DNA of 64,000 nt from Alphaproteobacteria bacterium (GTDB lineage: Bacteria; Pseudomonadota; Alphaproteobacteria; MPNO01; UBA2964): NCBI GenBank assembly GCA_009377375.1, contig WHUE01000010.1:2591-66590 (forward strand), given 5' to 3'. Position numbers and translations under genes: made by a program. This document shows, one piece after another, positions 29,946 to 39,682 of this stretch. The notes under the pieces were generated by a model, which was not told the origin of the DNA, did no database searches, and saw nothing but the letters and a program-made list of their open reading frames with translations. The first letter of the stretch is position 1. The number at the start of each line of letters is the position of its first letter.

Positions 29946-30698
29946 ATGAAACTCAGGGACAAGGTGGCGATCATCACCGGCGCAGGCCGGAATATTGGCG
30001 AGGAAACGGCGCGGCTGTTCTCGGCCGAGGGCGCGAAGGTGGCGGTTGCCGATTTCGACGAGGGGCGCGGGAAGGCCGTGGCCGGGGCGATTTCGCAGGG
30101 CGGCGGCGAGGCGGTCTTCGTGCAGGTCGACGTGGCCGACGAGGATTCGGTGAAGGCCATGGTCGCCGCGACGGTGTCGGCGTTCGGTCGCATCGACGTG
30201 CTGGTCAACAACGTCGCCATCTCCGACAACAAGGACATCCGCGAGATCACGCTGGCGGAGTGGAACCGCACCATCGCGGTGACGCTGACCAGCCAGTTCC
30301 TGTGCTCCAAGTACGTCGCCGAGCAGATGATCGAGCAGGGCGACGGCGGCGCCATCGTCAATATCGGCTCGACCTCCGGCTTCCAGGGGCGCAGCCGGGC
30401 CGTCGCCTATGCCGCGGCGAAGGGCGGGGTCGCCAACCTGATGCGCGCGCTGGCGGTGCAGCTCGCCCCGTACAGGATCCGCGTCAACTCGGTGGTGCCG
30501 AACAAGATCGGCTCGCCGGTCGGCAGGGAGGAATTCGATCCCTCGCGCCCGGTGCCCAACCTGATCGGCCGCGCCGGTCTGCCGCAGGAACTCGCCCGCG
30601 CCGTGCTGTTCATGGCCTCCGACGACTCCAGCTTCATCGCCGGCGAGAACCTCGTCGTCGATGGCGGGCTGATGGCAATGATGACCGGCGGGAGCTGA
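29946..30698 (+). CDS. SDR-family oxidoreductase
   Basis: TGAGRNIGEETA Rossmann motif and YxxxK (YAAAK) catalytic pair; 250 aa. Confidence 0.9.
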   Translation: MKLRDKVAIITGAGRNIGEETARLFSAEGAKVAVADFDEGRGKAVAGAISQGGGEAVFVQVDVADEDSVKAMVAATVSAFGRIDVLVNNVAISDNKDIREITLAEWNRTIAVTLTSQFLCSKYVAEQMIEQGDGGAIVNIGSTSGFQGRSRAVAYAAAKGGVANLMRALAVQLAPYRIRVNSVVPNKIGSPVGREEFDPSRPVPNLIGRAGLPQELARAVLFMASDDSSFIAGENLVVDGGLMAMMTGGS

Positions 30699-30729
30699 CG
30701 CTGCCGCCGGATCCGGACCTTCCCCGCAG

Positions 30730-31641
30730 TTACTCCGCGGCTGCGGCGATCGGCGGCTGCGGCTCGCCGTGCATGGCCTTGCGCAGGCGCGGCGACGGCG
30801 GCTCGGAGAAGCGCCAGCGGTCGAACCCGCCCTCAGGGCGCTTCCAGTCTTCCGGCGTGCCCGCCTTGTAGCTGTCGTCCACCTGCTCGACCTCGGCGGT
30901 GTATTCGATCACCAGCCCGTTCGGCTCGATGAAATAGGTGTAGATGTTGTTGCCTGGCCCGTGCCGGCCGACCCCCCATTCCACGGGATACCCGGTGGAC
31001 TTCATCCGCCCCGCGCCGAACATCAGCGCGTTGAAGCTCGGCATCTCGAACGCGACGTGGTTGAGCGACGGGCCGTCCGCCCGCGCATGGGCGATAGAGT
31101 GATGGTCGGTCGAGCAGCGGATGAAGTGCATCCGCTCCGTCCGGTCGCTGAGCTTGAAGCCGAGCACGTCGCAGAACCATTCGGTCTGCGCGTCCACCCT
31201 GTCGGAATTCAGCACCACGTGGGACAGCTTGTCCGGCCGGTCCTCGGCGTCCGCGGCGTCGGCGTGGCGCGCGACCTCGGCGCTGATGCGGAACAGCTGT
31301 CCGTCGGGGTCGCGGAAGTCGAACCCGTACCCGCCGCCGGGCTGCGCCAGCTCGCCCGGCGCGCCCAGCGCCTCGGCGCCCAGCCCAACGATGCGCGCGT
31401 GCATCGCGTCCACCGTCGCCTTGTCCGGCGCGGCGAGATTGGTGCGCACCACGCCGGGAGTCGCCCGCTGGTGCAGCACCACGATGTGATGTTCCGGCCC
31501 GGACGCGCGCAGAAAGGCGCTGCCGCCCTCTTCCGCGACCAGGGGAAGCCCCCAGCGCTCCTGATAGAACTTCGCCGTCGCGGCGACATCCGCTACGCCG
31601 AATTCGACGCTGCGCAATCCGATGACTCTGGGGTCCGCCAT
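30730..31641 (-). CDS. two-domain VOC-family extradiol ring-cleavage dioxygenase (catechol 2,3-dioxygenase-like)
   Basis: About 303 aa with two glyoxalase-fold modules; start at MADPRV with GAGGAG RBS 8 nt upstream. Confidence 0.75.
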   Translation of the reverse strand: MADPRVIGLRSVEFGVADVAATAKFYQERWGLPLVAEEGGSAFLRASGPEHHIVVLHQRATPGVVRTNLAAPDKATVDAMHARIVGLGAEALGAPGELAQPGGGYGFDFRDPDGQLFRISAEVARHADAADAEDRPDKLSHVVLNSDRVDAQTEWFCDVLGFKLSDRTERMHFIRCSTDHHSIAHARADGPSLNHVAFEMPSFNALMFGAGRMKSTGYPVEWGVGRHGPGNNIYTYFIEPNGLVIEYTAEVEQVDDSYKAGTPEDWKRPEGGFDRWRFSEPPSPRLRKAMHGEPQPPIAAAAE

Positions 31642-31791
31642 GACGTTTTCTCCTCGCTGCATGCCCTGTTTAGAGCGATTTTAAACCCTGCACATGACCG
31701 TTGCCAAGCAGTCTCCCGCGGCCGGAGGCGTGCCGTGCAGGTTCCGGCAGGGATGGTGATATAGGGCGTCCGCGGGCGCGGTGAAGGGCGG

Positions 31792-32226
31792 TTACCGTCC
31801 GTCGTCGGCGACCAGCCCTGCGGCCTCGATGCCGGCGACGGCGCAGATTTCGTCGTTGTCGCCGGTGTCGCCGCTGATGCCGACCGACCCCACGATGGCT
31901 CCCCCGACGTCGCGGACGATGACTCCGCCGGGGTTGGGAATGATGTTGCCGTCGGCCAGCTCCACCAGCACGTTGAAGAAGGCGGGATTGTTCTGGGCGC
32001 GGTCGCGCAGCTTGCGCCCGGGCTCACCCATTCCCAGCACGCCCCAGGCCTTGGCCTTGGCGATGCGGTGGCGCAGCAGCGCCGAATTGTCCTCGCGCTT
32101 CAGCGCGACCGGACAGCCGGCCGCGTCCAGCACGACGACGGTCAGCGGCGCGAGCTTCAGCTCGTGCGCCTTCGCGAGGGCGGTATCGACGATGGTGGAT
32201 GCCTGGTCGAGGGTGAGGTTGGGCAT
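31792..32226 (-). CDS. GlcG/HbpS-family (DUF336) heme-binding-like protein
   Basis: 144 aa of DUF336 sequence (GGAIVGSVGISGDTGDNDEICAVAG). Confidence 0.8.
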   Translation of the reverse strand: MPNLTLDQASTIVDTALAKAHELKLAPLTVVVLDAAGCPVALKREDNSALLRHRIAKAKAWGVLGMGEPGRKLRDRAQNNPAFFNVLVELADGNIIPNPGGVIVRDVGGAIVGSVGISGDTGDNDEICAVAGIEAAGLVADDGR

Positions 32227-32419
32227 GGCTGTTCCGCTCCCTGTTGACGTTTTCGGTCACGCAGATAACACAGCCCGCGCAGGCGCGCCACGGCGCACGT
32301 TCCGGTCGCTCGACTTAGCGTATGTTTGGCATCGGGCGCTCCTCTCGTGGTAACCTGACTATCGACCACGACCCGGGCGGGCATCCGGCTGCGGTTGGGG
32401 GAAGGCGCGGCAGGAGACG

Positions 32420-34099
32420 TTGCCGATTTTTCGGGTTGGGGAAATGAAGCGCCCACGCGACTGGCCGCTGCGCGTTCATCTGGCAGTTTTCGGCCTGATT
32501 CTGCTGCTGCCTACGATCGTTCCCGGCGCCGCGGGCATCGCCTATTACGGCATGGCGGAGCGCGAGCGTCTTAATCGCACCGGCACCGCGCTGGCCGCCG
32601 ACGTGAGCGAACAGATCGATCGCGAGCTCGAAAACCTCATCGTCGTGCTCAAGACGCTCGCCACGTCGCCGCTGCTCGACGGCGACGGCTACAGGGAGTT
32701 CGACGCGCGCGCCCGTCTCGCGATCGCAGGGACGAAAACTCACGTCGGGCTTGTCGACCGGTCCTTCCGGCAGCTTCTGAACACGCGCGTGCCCTACGGA
32801 ACGCTTCTGCCCCCGACCTCGGATCCGGAGACGGCGAGCGCGGTTTTCCTGCGCGGCCAGCCGCGCGTTTCTAACCTCCTCGAAGGCAACGTGGCGGCGG
32901 AGCCGGTGTTCAACGTCATGGTGCCGGTGGTCCGCGACGGCACGGTGCGCCACGTGCTGATCGGCACCCGGCCGGCAACATCGCTCCTGGCGAATGCCCG
33001 TTTGCCGGAGACGAGCGACGGCTGGATTGTCGGCATTTCGGACCGGAACGACATGATCCTGTCGCGGTCGCACGATTCCGGGAGATTCGTGGGCAAGCAG
33101 ATATCGGCGGACGCCCGGGCGCTGACGACCGACCGCTCGGGGGTGCACCGGGGAGACAGCCTGGACGGGGTGGAGGTGTTGCGGGCCTACCATCGCTCGT
33201 CCCTCTCGGGGTGGATTGCCGCGGCATTCATCCCGGTCAGTGCGCTCGAAGCGTCGCTGGAGAAGACCTGGATAACCTATGTGCTGATCGCCTGCGGGAT
33301 GGTCCTGCTCACCGTGCTGCTTGCGGCGTTCGTGGCGCAGCGGGTGGCACAGCCCATCGACGCGCTGCGGCACGGGGCGCTGGCGCTGGGGCGCGGCGAG
33401 ACCGTGCCAAGACATGTCTCCCACCTGCGCGAATCGAACGAGGTGTCCGAGGAGATCGTCAGGGCGTCCGAGGAGCTGATGCGCCGCGAACGGCGGCTGA
33501 ACCTCCTGATGCGGGAACTGGCGCACCGCACCAAGAACATCCTCGCCCTCACGATCGCCATCGCCCGGCAGAGCGGCAGGCGGAGCACCAATTTCAAGGA
33601 CTTCATCGACCGCTTTACCCGGCGCCTCTCCGCGCTCGGCACCGCGCTGGACCTTCTGGTGGGCTCGGACTGGGGCGGCACCGACGTCGAGGAACTCGTG
33701 CGCGTCCAGCTTGTGCCGTTCGCGGAGGTCGGCGGCGGGCGGCTGGAAATCGGGGGACCGCCGGTTCGCCTCACCGCGGACGCCGCCCAGCAGATCGGCA
33801 TGGCGCTCCACGAACTGGCGACCAACGCCACCAAGTACGGCGCCCTTTCCGTGGCGAACGGCCGGGTCGTCGTCGGTTGGCTGCCTTCCCCGGCCGAAGG
33901 AATGCATCTGCGCCTGTCATGGCGGGAGGTGAACGGGCCGCCTGTCTCTCCGCCCTCCGTGATGGGGTTCGGGCGGACCGTCATCGAGCAGGTGGTGGTG
34001 AGCAATCTCGGGGCCAGGGTCGACATGGCGTTCGATCCGGAAGGCTTCTGGTGGCAGATCGACCTGCCGGTCCAGACCATCGCCGACGGGGAAGAATGA
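32420..34099 (+). CDS. sensor histidine kinase, HWE family, with periplasmic sensor domain
   Basis: Two TM helices flank a roughly 250-aa periplasmic domain. C-terminal HWE_HK region (MRELAHRTKNILALTIAIARQS...HELATNATKYGALS). TTG start at 32420 or ATG at 32444. Confidence 0.8.
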   Translation: MPIFRVGEMKRPRDWPLRVHLAVFGLILLLPTIVPGAAGIAYYGMAERERLNRTGTALAADVSEQIDRELENLIVVLKTLATSPLLDGDGYREFDARARLAIAGTKTHVGLVDRSFRQLLNTRVPYGTLLPPTSDPETASAVFLRGQPRVSNLLEGNVAAEPVFNVMVPVVRDGTVRHVLIGTRPATSLLANARLPETSDGWIVGISDRNDMILSRSHDSGRFVGKQISADARALTTDRSGVHRGDSLDGVEVLRAYHRSSLSGWIAAAFIPVSALEASLEKTWITYVLIACGMVLLTVLLAAFVAQRVAQPIDALRHGALALGRGETVPRHVSHLRESNEVSEEIVRASEELMRRERRLNLLMRELAHRTKNILALTIAIARQSGRRSTNFKDFIDRFTRRLSALGTALDLLVGSDWGGTDVEELVRVQLVPFAEVGGGRLEIGGPPVRLTADAAQQIGMALHELATNATKYGALSVANGRVVVGWLPSPAEGMHLRLSWREVNGPPVSPPSVMGFGRTVIEQVVVSNLGARVDMAFDPEGFWWQIDLPVQTIADGEE

Positions 34100-34196
34100 C
34101 CGGTTCCGGTCCGTCGCGCCTGAAATGCGGCCGGACGAAGCGGCTGGCGCGGCCGTGCCGGGCTGCACCGGCGCGCGCCCGGTCCGATTTATTATT

Positions 34197-34213
34197 GTAA
34201 CAGAGTAGGTTAC
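34197..34213. promoter_or_regulatory. inverted repeat GTAAC-N7-GTTAC in an AT-rich island between the kinase and receiver genes
   Basis: Lies in ccgatttattattGTAACagagtagGTTACgatgtttGTTAACagttccTTAACc, a local GC drop with further GTTAAC and TTAAC elements. Confidence 0.3.
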
Positions 34214-34420
34214 GATGTTTGTTAACAGTTCCTTAACCGCTGTGGCGCCTAGACTGGGCCCACGCCGTATGCGGTGCTTCCGGTTGCGTGAAGGCGGAAT
34301 CCTCAGGACGCCCCGCCGATGTCACGGTTCCGGCACAGCTGGCGTGCCTTCGGAAGCCGTATTCTGGGTGCTTCCGGAGGGTCGAACGGACGCAGTCGAG
34401 ATAGTCAGGGCAAGTCCATC

Positions 34421-34786
34421 ATGGTGCGTAACGGCGGCGGCGAACGCGTACTCGTGGTCGAGGATGACGAACTGTTTGCCGATATGGTGTCGGACATCCT
34501 GAACGAGGACGGGTACACGGTCGTCGGGCCGTTCTCCAACCTGCGGCATTCCTTCGAAGCGCTGGAGGAGGGAAGCGTCGCGATCGCCGTGCTCGACATC
34601 AACCTGCGTGACGGGACGAGCTTTCCCCTGGCCGACCACCTCGCTTCGGAAGATATCCCGGTCATCTTTCTCACCAGCCGCGGCCGGGAGGAAATTCCCG
34701 CCCGGTATCGCATCCACACGGTCCTTCCCAAGATCGGACCGGCAGCGAGGCTTCTGAGCGCACTGGCCGCCGTTCTCGACGCCTGA
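34421..34786 (+). CDS. single-domain response regulator (receiver only)
   Basis: VLVVEDDELFADMV...AVLDINLRDG... receiver motifs; 121 aa with no output domain; start is codon 35 of ORF 34319..34786. Confidence 0.75.
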   Translation: MVRNGGGERVLVVEDDELFADMVSDILNEDGYTVVGPFSNLRHSFEALEEGSVAIAVLDINLRDGTSFPLADHLASEDIPVIFLTSRGREEIPARYRIHTVLPKIGPAARLLSALAAVLDA

Positions 34787-34933
34787 GCGATGGCAGCCGC
34801 CGGGCACGGCGCGTGCGTTGCGCCCTGCCGGCGGACGGAGCTTTCGTCTGGCAGTTTCCCCCCGCCTTGACCGTCTCCCTCCCTGCGGCCATGATCCGGC
34901 GCAAATCCAGCCGTCATATCAGGGAGACGAAGC

Positions 34934-35806
34934 ATGAAGCTCTGCCGTTACAACGAAGATCGCCTGGGCGTGGTCCGGGGCGACACGATCCATGATATTT
35001 CGGCGATCCAGGACGAGATTCGGTCGAAGGCCCGCTACGACATGCGCGGCGACGCGGTGATCGCGGCGCTGCCCGAATACCGCGACCGGATGGAGAAGGC
35101 GGCTGACGGGGCGAAGGGCGTTCCCGTGTCCTCCGTTGACCTGCTGCCGCCGGTGGCGCGGCCGAGCAAGGTGATGGCCGCGCCGGTGAATTACGCCGCC
35201 CATGTCGCCGAGATGGCGGCGCAGCCGCATGTGACCGGCGAGACGGGCGGCGCGAAGCGGCCCTCCGGCATCCAGAACCAGGGGATATTCCTGAAGTCCA
35301 ACTCGGCCCTTGTCGGCCCGGGCGAGGGCGTGGCGATCCGCTTCCCCGACCGGCGCAATGACCACGAGGTGGAGTTCTGCCTGATCATCGGCAAGCAGGG
35401 CAGCCGGGTGAAGAAGGCGGACGCGCTGGACTATATCGCCGGCTACACGCTCGGCCTCGACATGACCGTGCGCGGCGTCGAGGACCGCAGCTTCCGCAAG
35501 TCCTGCGACGGTTACGCGCCGCTCGGCCCGTGGATGGTCACCGCCGACGAGATTCCGGACCCCAACAATGTCGACTTCACCGTCCACCTGAACGGCAAGC
35601 TGCAGCAGGACGCGCACACGAAGGACCTGATCTTCGACGTGCAGCGGCTGGTCGAGTTCGCGACCGAGTTCTACACGATCTATCCGGGCGACATCCTGTT
35701 CACCGGCTCGCCCCCCGGCGTCAGCGAGGTCAAGCCGGGCGACGTGATGCATTGCGCCTGCAACCTGATCGGCGAGATGGGCGTCAAGGTCCGGGCGGCG
35801 GAGTAA
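34934..35806 (+). CDS. fumarylacetoacetate hydrolase (FAH) family protein
   Basis: 290 aa with FAH-family C-terminal motifs (EVEFCLIIGK..., YTLGLDMTVR). Confidence 0.85.
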   Translation: MKLCRYNEDRLGVVRGDTIHDISAIQDEIRSKARYDMRGDAVIAALPEYRDRMEKAADGAKGVPVSSVDLLPPVARPSKVMAAPVNYAAHVAEMAAQPHVTGETGGAKRPSGIQNQGIFLKSNSALVGPGEGVAIRFPDRRNDHEVEFCLIIGKQGSRVKKADALDYIAGYTLGLDMTVRGVEDRSFRKSCDGYAPLGPWMVTADEIPDPNNVDFTVHLNGKLQQDAHTKDLIFDVQRLVEFATEFYTIYPGDILFTGSPPGVSEVKPGDVMHCACNLIGEMGVKVRAAE

Positions 35807-35836
35807 GTAACGGTCAGGCCGGAGAGGCATACGCCA

Positions 35837-36841
35837 GTGAAAGCGGCGATCTTTCACGAGTTCGGCACGCCGGACGTCCTCAGATACGAGGACGTGCCGG
35901 ACCCCGTGCCCGGCCCGGGCGAGCTGGTGGTGAAGGTGCACGCCGTCACCATCAACCGCGTCCTCGACTGCCGGGTGCGCGAGGGCCACCCGAGCCAGGC
36001 GCGGCGCAACGTGAAGCCGCCGCACGTGCTCGGCGTCGATCCCACCGGCGTGGTGACGGCGCTGGGCGAGGGTGTGACGGCACCGCCCGTGGGCGCCCGC
36101 GTCGCCTGCATCTCCCAGCTGCCGACCGGCGGCATGCTGGGGCTGCAATGCTGGGGCGGGAACGCCGAATACGTGAAGGTACCGGCCTCCATCGTCTCCG
36201 AAATACCGGACGGGCTCGATTTCGCCGAGGCCGGCGCGGTGCTGCGTCACGGCCCGATGGCGCATTACCTGCTGTTCGACCTGGCGAAGCTGCAGCCGGG
36301 CGAGAGCGTCCTCGTGATGGGCGCGGCCGGCGGGCTCGGCGCTACCGGCATTCAGATATGCAAGGCGTTCAGCGCCAGGGTGATCTGCGCCGCCGGCTCG
36401 GACGAGCGCGTGCAGGTCGGGCTCGATTTCGGTGCCGACGAAGGCGTCAACTACAACAGAACCGACCTGACCGAGGCCGCGATGGCGTTCACCGACGGCA
36501 AGGGCGTGAACGTGGTCTTCGAGAATATTTCAAACCCGCAGACCTGGCCGGCGGCGCTCGCCTCAATGGCGATGAAGGCGCGGATGGTGACGGCCGGCGC
36601 GCATGGCGGCGGCAAGGTGGAGCTGGATTGCGGCATCCTCTATCACCGCAACCTTCACATCATGGGCGGCACCGGCAACACGCAGCAGAACGTGGCCGAC
36701 ACCGTCGCGCTGGCCAGGGCCGGCAAGCTGCACGCGAAGATCGAGAAGGTGCTGCCGCTGAGTCAGGCGGCGGAAGGCCACCGTATCATCGAGGCGGGCG
36801 TGCCGCTGGGCAAGATCGTCCTCGACCCCACGCTGGGTTAG
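35837..36841 (+). CDS. MDR-superfamily quinone oxidoreductase / zinc-binding dehydrogenase
   Basis: GTG start with GGAGAGG RBS; GAAGGLG nucleotide-binding motif; 334 aa. Confidence 0.85.
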   Translation: MKAAIFHEFGTPDVLRYEDVPDPVPGPGELVVKVHAVTINRVLDCRVREGHPSQARRNVKPPHVLGVDPTGVVTALGEGVTAPPVGARVACISQLPTGGMLGLQCWGGNAEYVKVPASIVSEIPDGLDFAEAGAVLRHGPMAHYLLFDLAKLQPGESVLVMGAAGGLGATGIQICKAFSARVICAAGSDERVQVGLDFGADEGVNYNRTDLTEAAMAFTDGKGVNVVFENISNPQTWPAALASMAMKARMVTAGAHGGGKVELDCGILYHRNLHIMGGTGNTQQNVADTVALARAGKLHAKIEKVLPLSQAAEGHRIIEAGVPLGKIVLDPTLG

Positions 36842-36855
36842 GCCGCCGGACGGCC

Positions 36856-37377
36856 TCAGCCGTCCTTCTTCACCTGTTCGTAGCGCTCGGCGCGGTCGGC
36901 GCCCATGTTCTGATCGCGCCAGGCTCGGTCGTCCTCCTCCAGGTCGAAGACGTAGGAATAGCCGGCGGGCGGGTTGGTCAGGAACTCCCACCAGTTGCCG
37001 TCCATGTCCTCGATATAGAAGGCGTAGGTGCCATGCTGGTCGGCGGGGCGCGTGATCTTGCGAATGCCGTACTCCTCCTGCACGCCCTTGAGCGTCTCCC
37101 AGGCGGCCTCGACTTCCTCGCGGGTGGCGAAATCGAGTCCGAAATGACTGTAATGCCCGGCGCCGTTCGGCCCCCTTGTCTGCACGGCGGCGATGGTCGT
37201 CGTGCTGTTGAGCCGCAGCATCAGCGAAATCTTGCTGGTGCGCACCGCTTCCATTCCCAGCACCTCGGTATAGAACCGCTTTGCCGCCTCGATGTCGCGG
37301 CACTCGACGGTGCCGTGCGACAGCAGCAGCGGCTTCAGCAGGGGCTCTTTCGCGGGCGAAGTCTGCGATCCTTCCAT
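36856..37377 (-). CDS. VOC-family (glyoxalase/bleomycin-resistance fold) protein
   Basis: 173 aa with a single VOC domain (HGTVECRDIEAAKRFYTEVLGME...). Confidence 0.8.
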   Translation of the reverse strand: MEGSQTSPAKEPLLKPLLLSHGTVECRDIEAAKRFYTEVLGMEAVRTSKISLMLRLNSTTTIAAVQTRGPNGAGHYSHFGLDFATREEVEAAWETLKGVQEEYGIRKITRPADQHGTYAFYIEDMDGNWWEFLTNPPAGYSYVFDLEEDDRAWRDQNMGADRAERYEQVKKDG

Positions 37378-37421
37378 GGCATCGTCCTCCCTTTGACGTA
37401 TCCCGAAGGATCATAGCGCAA

Positions 37422-37437
37422 GGACAGCGGCCTGTCC
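37422..37437. promoter_or_regulatory. perfect 16-bp palindrome GGACAGCGGCCTGTCC in the divergent VOC / ModA-like intergenic region
   Basis: Read directly; the flanks extend it to GCAAgGACAGCGGCCTGTCcgcTTTGC (37418-37444). Confidence 0.3.
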
Positions 37438-37501
37438 GCTTTGCTGGAACCGTTCTGGTTCGGGATGCGCGGCGCGGCGGCGCGCGCTAAAATGTTCGGG
37501 A

Positions 37502-38212
37502 ATGGCTGGAAACACGCTCGACATATTCACCGCCGGCGCGACCCGCGAGGGCATCGCCGCCTGCGCCGCGCCGTTCGCGCGCCAATGTGGCGTCGCCCTC
37601 GCCGTCGAGACCGCGCACGGCCACCTGATCGAGCGACAGGTCCTGGCCGGCGAGACGGCGGCGGATGTCGTCATGCTGCCCGAAGCGATGATCGCGCGGC
37701 TGGCGGAGGCGGGGCTGGCCGATCCGGACATCCGCGCGCGGCTCGGCGTCATTCGCATCGGCGCCGCGGTCAGGGCGGGCGCGGCGTGGCCGGACGTTTC
37801 CACCATGGATGCGCTGGTGCGCGCGTTGCTGGGCGCGCGGTCCGTCGTCATCACCGAGGCGCCGAGCGGGCGGCATATGGACGCGCTCTTCGAGGCGCTC
37901 GGCCTGGCGGCGGAACTGGCGGACCGGATCACGCGCTACGACACGGGCACCATGGTCAACGAGCATCTCGCCCGCAGCGACACGCGGGACGAGATCGCTT
38001 TCGGCGTGGCGACCGAGATCCTGTTCTTCCGCAACGACGGCGTCGCCTATGCCGGGCCGCTGCCCGATGCCGTGCAGATGGCGGCGGTCTACGAGGCGGC
38101 GATGCTGACGCGCTCGGACAGGGTGGATGCGGCGCGGCGGCTGATGGATTTTCTGAGCTCGGACACCGCGCAGCGCGCCTTTGCCGAAACCGGGGTGGAG
38201 ACCGACGCCTAG
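37502..38212 (+). CDS. ModA-like molybdate/tungstate-binding protein (PBP2 fold) without signal peptide
   Basis: The mature-ModA-like sequence begins at the initiator (MAGNTLDIFTAGATREG...). An in-frame stop lies 29 codons upstream with no alternative start between, so no leader peptide is possible. Confidence 0.65.
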   Translation: MAGNTLDIFTAGATREGIAACAAPFARQCGVALAVETAHGHLIERQVLAGETAADVVMLPEAMIARLAEAGLADPDIRARLGVIRIGAAVRAGAAWPDVSTMDALVRALLGARSVVITEAPSGRHMDALFEALGLAAELADRITRYDTGTMVNEHLARSDTRDEIAFGVATEILFFRNDGVAYAGPLPDAVQMAAVYEAAMLTRSDRVDAARRLMDFLSSDTAQRAFAETGVETDA

Positions 38213-39675
38213 GCGGCGTTCGCGCCGTGCGCCTCGGCCGCCGCCAACTTTCCGGCGATGCGCCCCGAGGTGAAGGCCCAGCCGACATGGTGGCCGTGGC
38301 CCTTGAGCATCAGCCCGCCCTGGCCGGCAGAGCCGGCCGCAAACAGGCCGGGGATCGGCGCGTCGTTCTCCCCCAGCACCTGAAGCCGCCCGTTCACGGC
38401 AAGCCCGCCATCGGTCAGCACGATGTAGCTTTTCGCCGGGCCGAGCGCGTGGAAAGGCGGCGCGGCGAACGGCGCCGGGGCCTCCGCGTTATGGGCCTCC
38501 ACCGCCTGCTTCAGCGCGGCGGCGTCCATGCCGAGCTTCGCCGCCAGGGCCTCGACCGTGCCGGCGGTGTGGAAGATGTCCGGCCGGGTGCGGCGGAAAT
38601 CGTCGAAATAGGCATAGGCGACGCCCGGTGCGGTCGAGACGAAATCCGGCCAGGCGTTGAACCGCCGGGCGAGGGCCGAGTCCACCAGCACGTAGCCGAT
38701 CTTCTCCGGCTCGGCCGCGATGCGGAGGCCGAGCGAGGCCGGGGCGCCCTCGATCCGCGCGCCGTCCCTGTTGACCAGCAGCGCGCCCTTGGCGAACAGG
38801 TTGAGCTCCGGCGCCATCGAGGTGACGGTGAAGCGCAGCACGAACGGGCGCAGCAGCTTCGCCGGCGCGTATTCGAGGGCGAGGCGCATCGCCTTCGCGA
38901 TGAAGGGCGAGGCGGGGAGCATGCGCTCCAGCGACTCGCGCGGCGGCGGCACGAAGCGCAGCGTCGGGCCCGACAGCACGTCGCCGTTGACGACATGCGC
39001 GCCGAGCGGGAAGGCCATCTCATGCCCGTCGCCGGTCGCGGTCGGGTTCATCGCGTCGACCAGCGACACTTCGCGGGAGATGAAGCGCGCCTTGAGCTCG
39101 GCGCTGGCGGAGTAGTCGCCGCTGGCCAGCACGACCGCGCCGGCGGCGATCTCTCCGGCGCCGTCGCACACCGCGCCGGTGACGCGGCCGCCCTCGGTCA
39201 GGAATTTCGTGGCGCGCGTCGCGGGGCGGACATCGACGCCGATGCGCCGGGCATGGGCTTCCAGCCGCGTGATATAGGCGCGCGAATTGGGCAGGACGTT
39301 GTGCATGCGCGGTTTGGTGTGCGGCGGCTCCGGCATCGGGCCAAAGAACTCGATGCCGTGTCTCATCAGCCAGCGCAGCGTTCCGTTGGCGTTGTCCACG
39401 AACAGGCGGCGCAGGGCGGGATTGTCGCGGTCTGCGAGCGGGCCGGAGAATTTCGGCATGTCGGCGAAATGCTCGTCCGGGCTGTCCTCGATGCCCTTCG
39501 CCTGCTGCTGCGGCGTCTGCGTCGCGGTGAACGAGCCGATGGACCAGGCGGTGGAGCCGCCGAGCGCCGCGTTCTTCTCGATCAGGATGACGCTCGCGCC
39601 CGCCTCGCGCGCCTCGATCGCCGCGGCGAGCCCCGCGCCGCCGCCGCCGATCACGAGGACGTCGCAGCGATCCAT
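38209..39675 (-). CDS. FAD-dependent oxidoreductase (fumarate reductase/succinate dehydrogenase flavoprotein-like; KstD/TcuA-like)
   Basis: DVLVIGGGGAGLAAAIEAREAGASVILIE dinucleotide fold; 488 aa; 7 nt downstream of the molybdopterin subunit gene. Confidence 0.85.
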   Translation of the reverse strand: MDRCDVLVIGGGGAGLAAAIEAREAGASVILIEKNAALGGSTAWSIGSFTATQTPQQQAKGIEDSPDEHFADMPKFSGPLADRDNPALRRLFVDNANGTLRWLMRHGIEFFGPMPEPPHTKPRMHNVLPNSRAYITRLEAHARRIGVDVRPATRATKFLTEGGRVTGAVCDGAGEIAAGAVVLASGDYSASAELKARFISREVSLVDAMNPTATGDGHEMAFPLGAHVVNGDVLSGPTLRFVPPPRESLERMLPASPFIAKAMRLALEYAPAKLLRPFVLRFTVTSMAPELNLFAKGALLVNRDGARIEGAPASLGLRIAAEPEKIGYVLVDSALARRFNAWPDFVSTAPGVAYAYFDDFRRTRPDIFHTAGTVEALAAKLGMDAAALKQAVEAHNAEAPAPFAAPPFHALGPAKSYIVLTDGGLAVNGRLQVLGENDAPIPGLFAAGSAGQGGLMLKGHGHHVGWAFTSGRIAGKLAAAEAHGANAA

Positions 39676-39682
39676 GTCGTGC

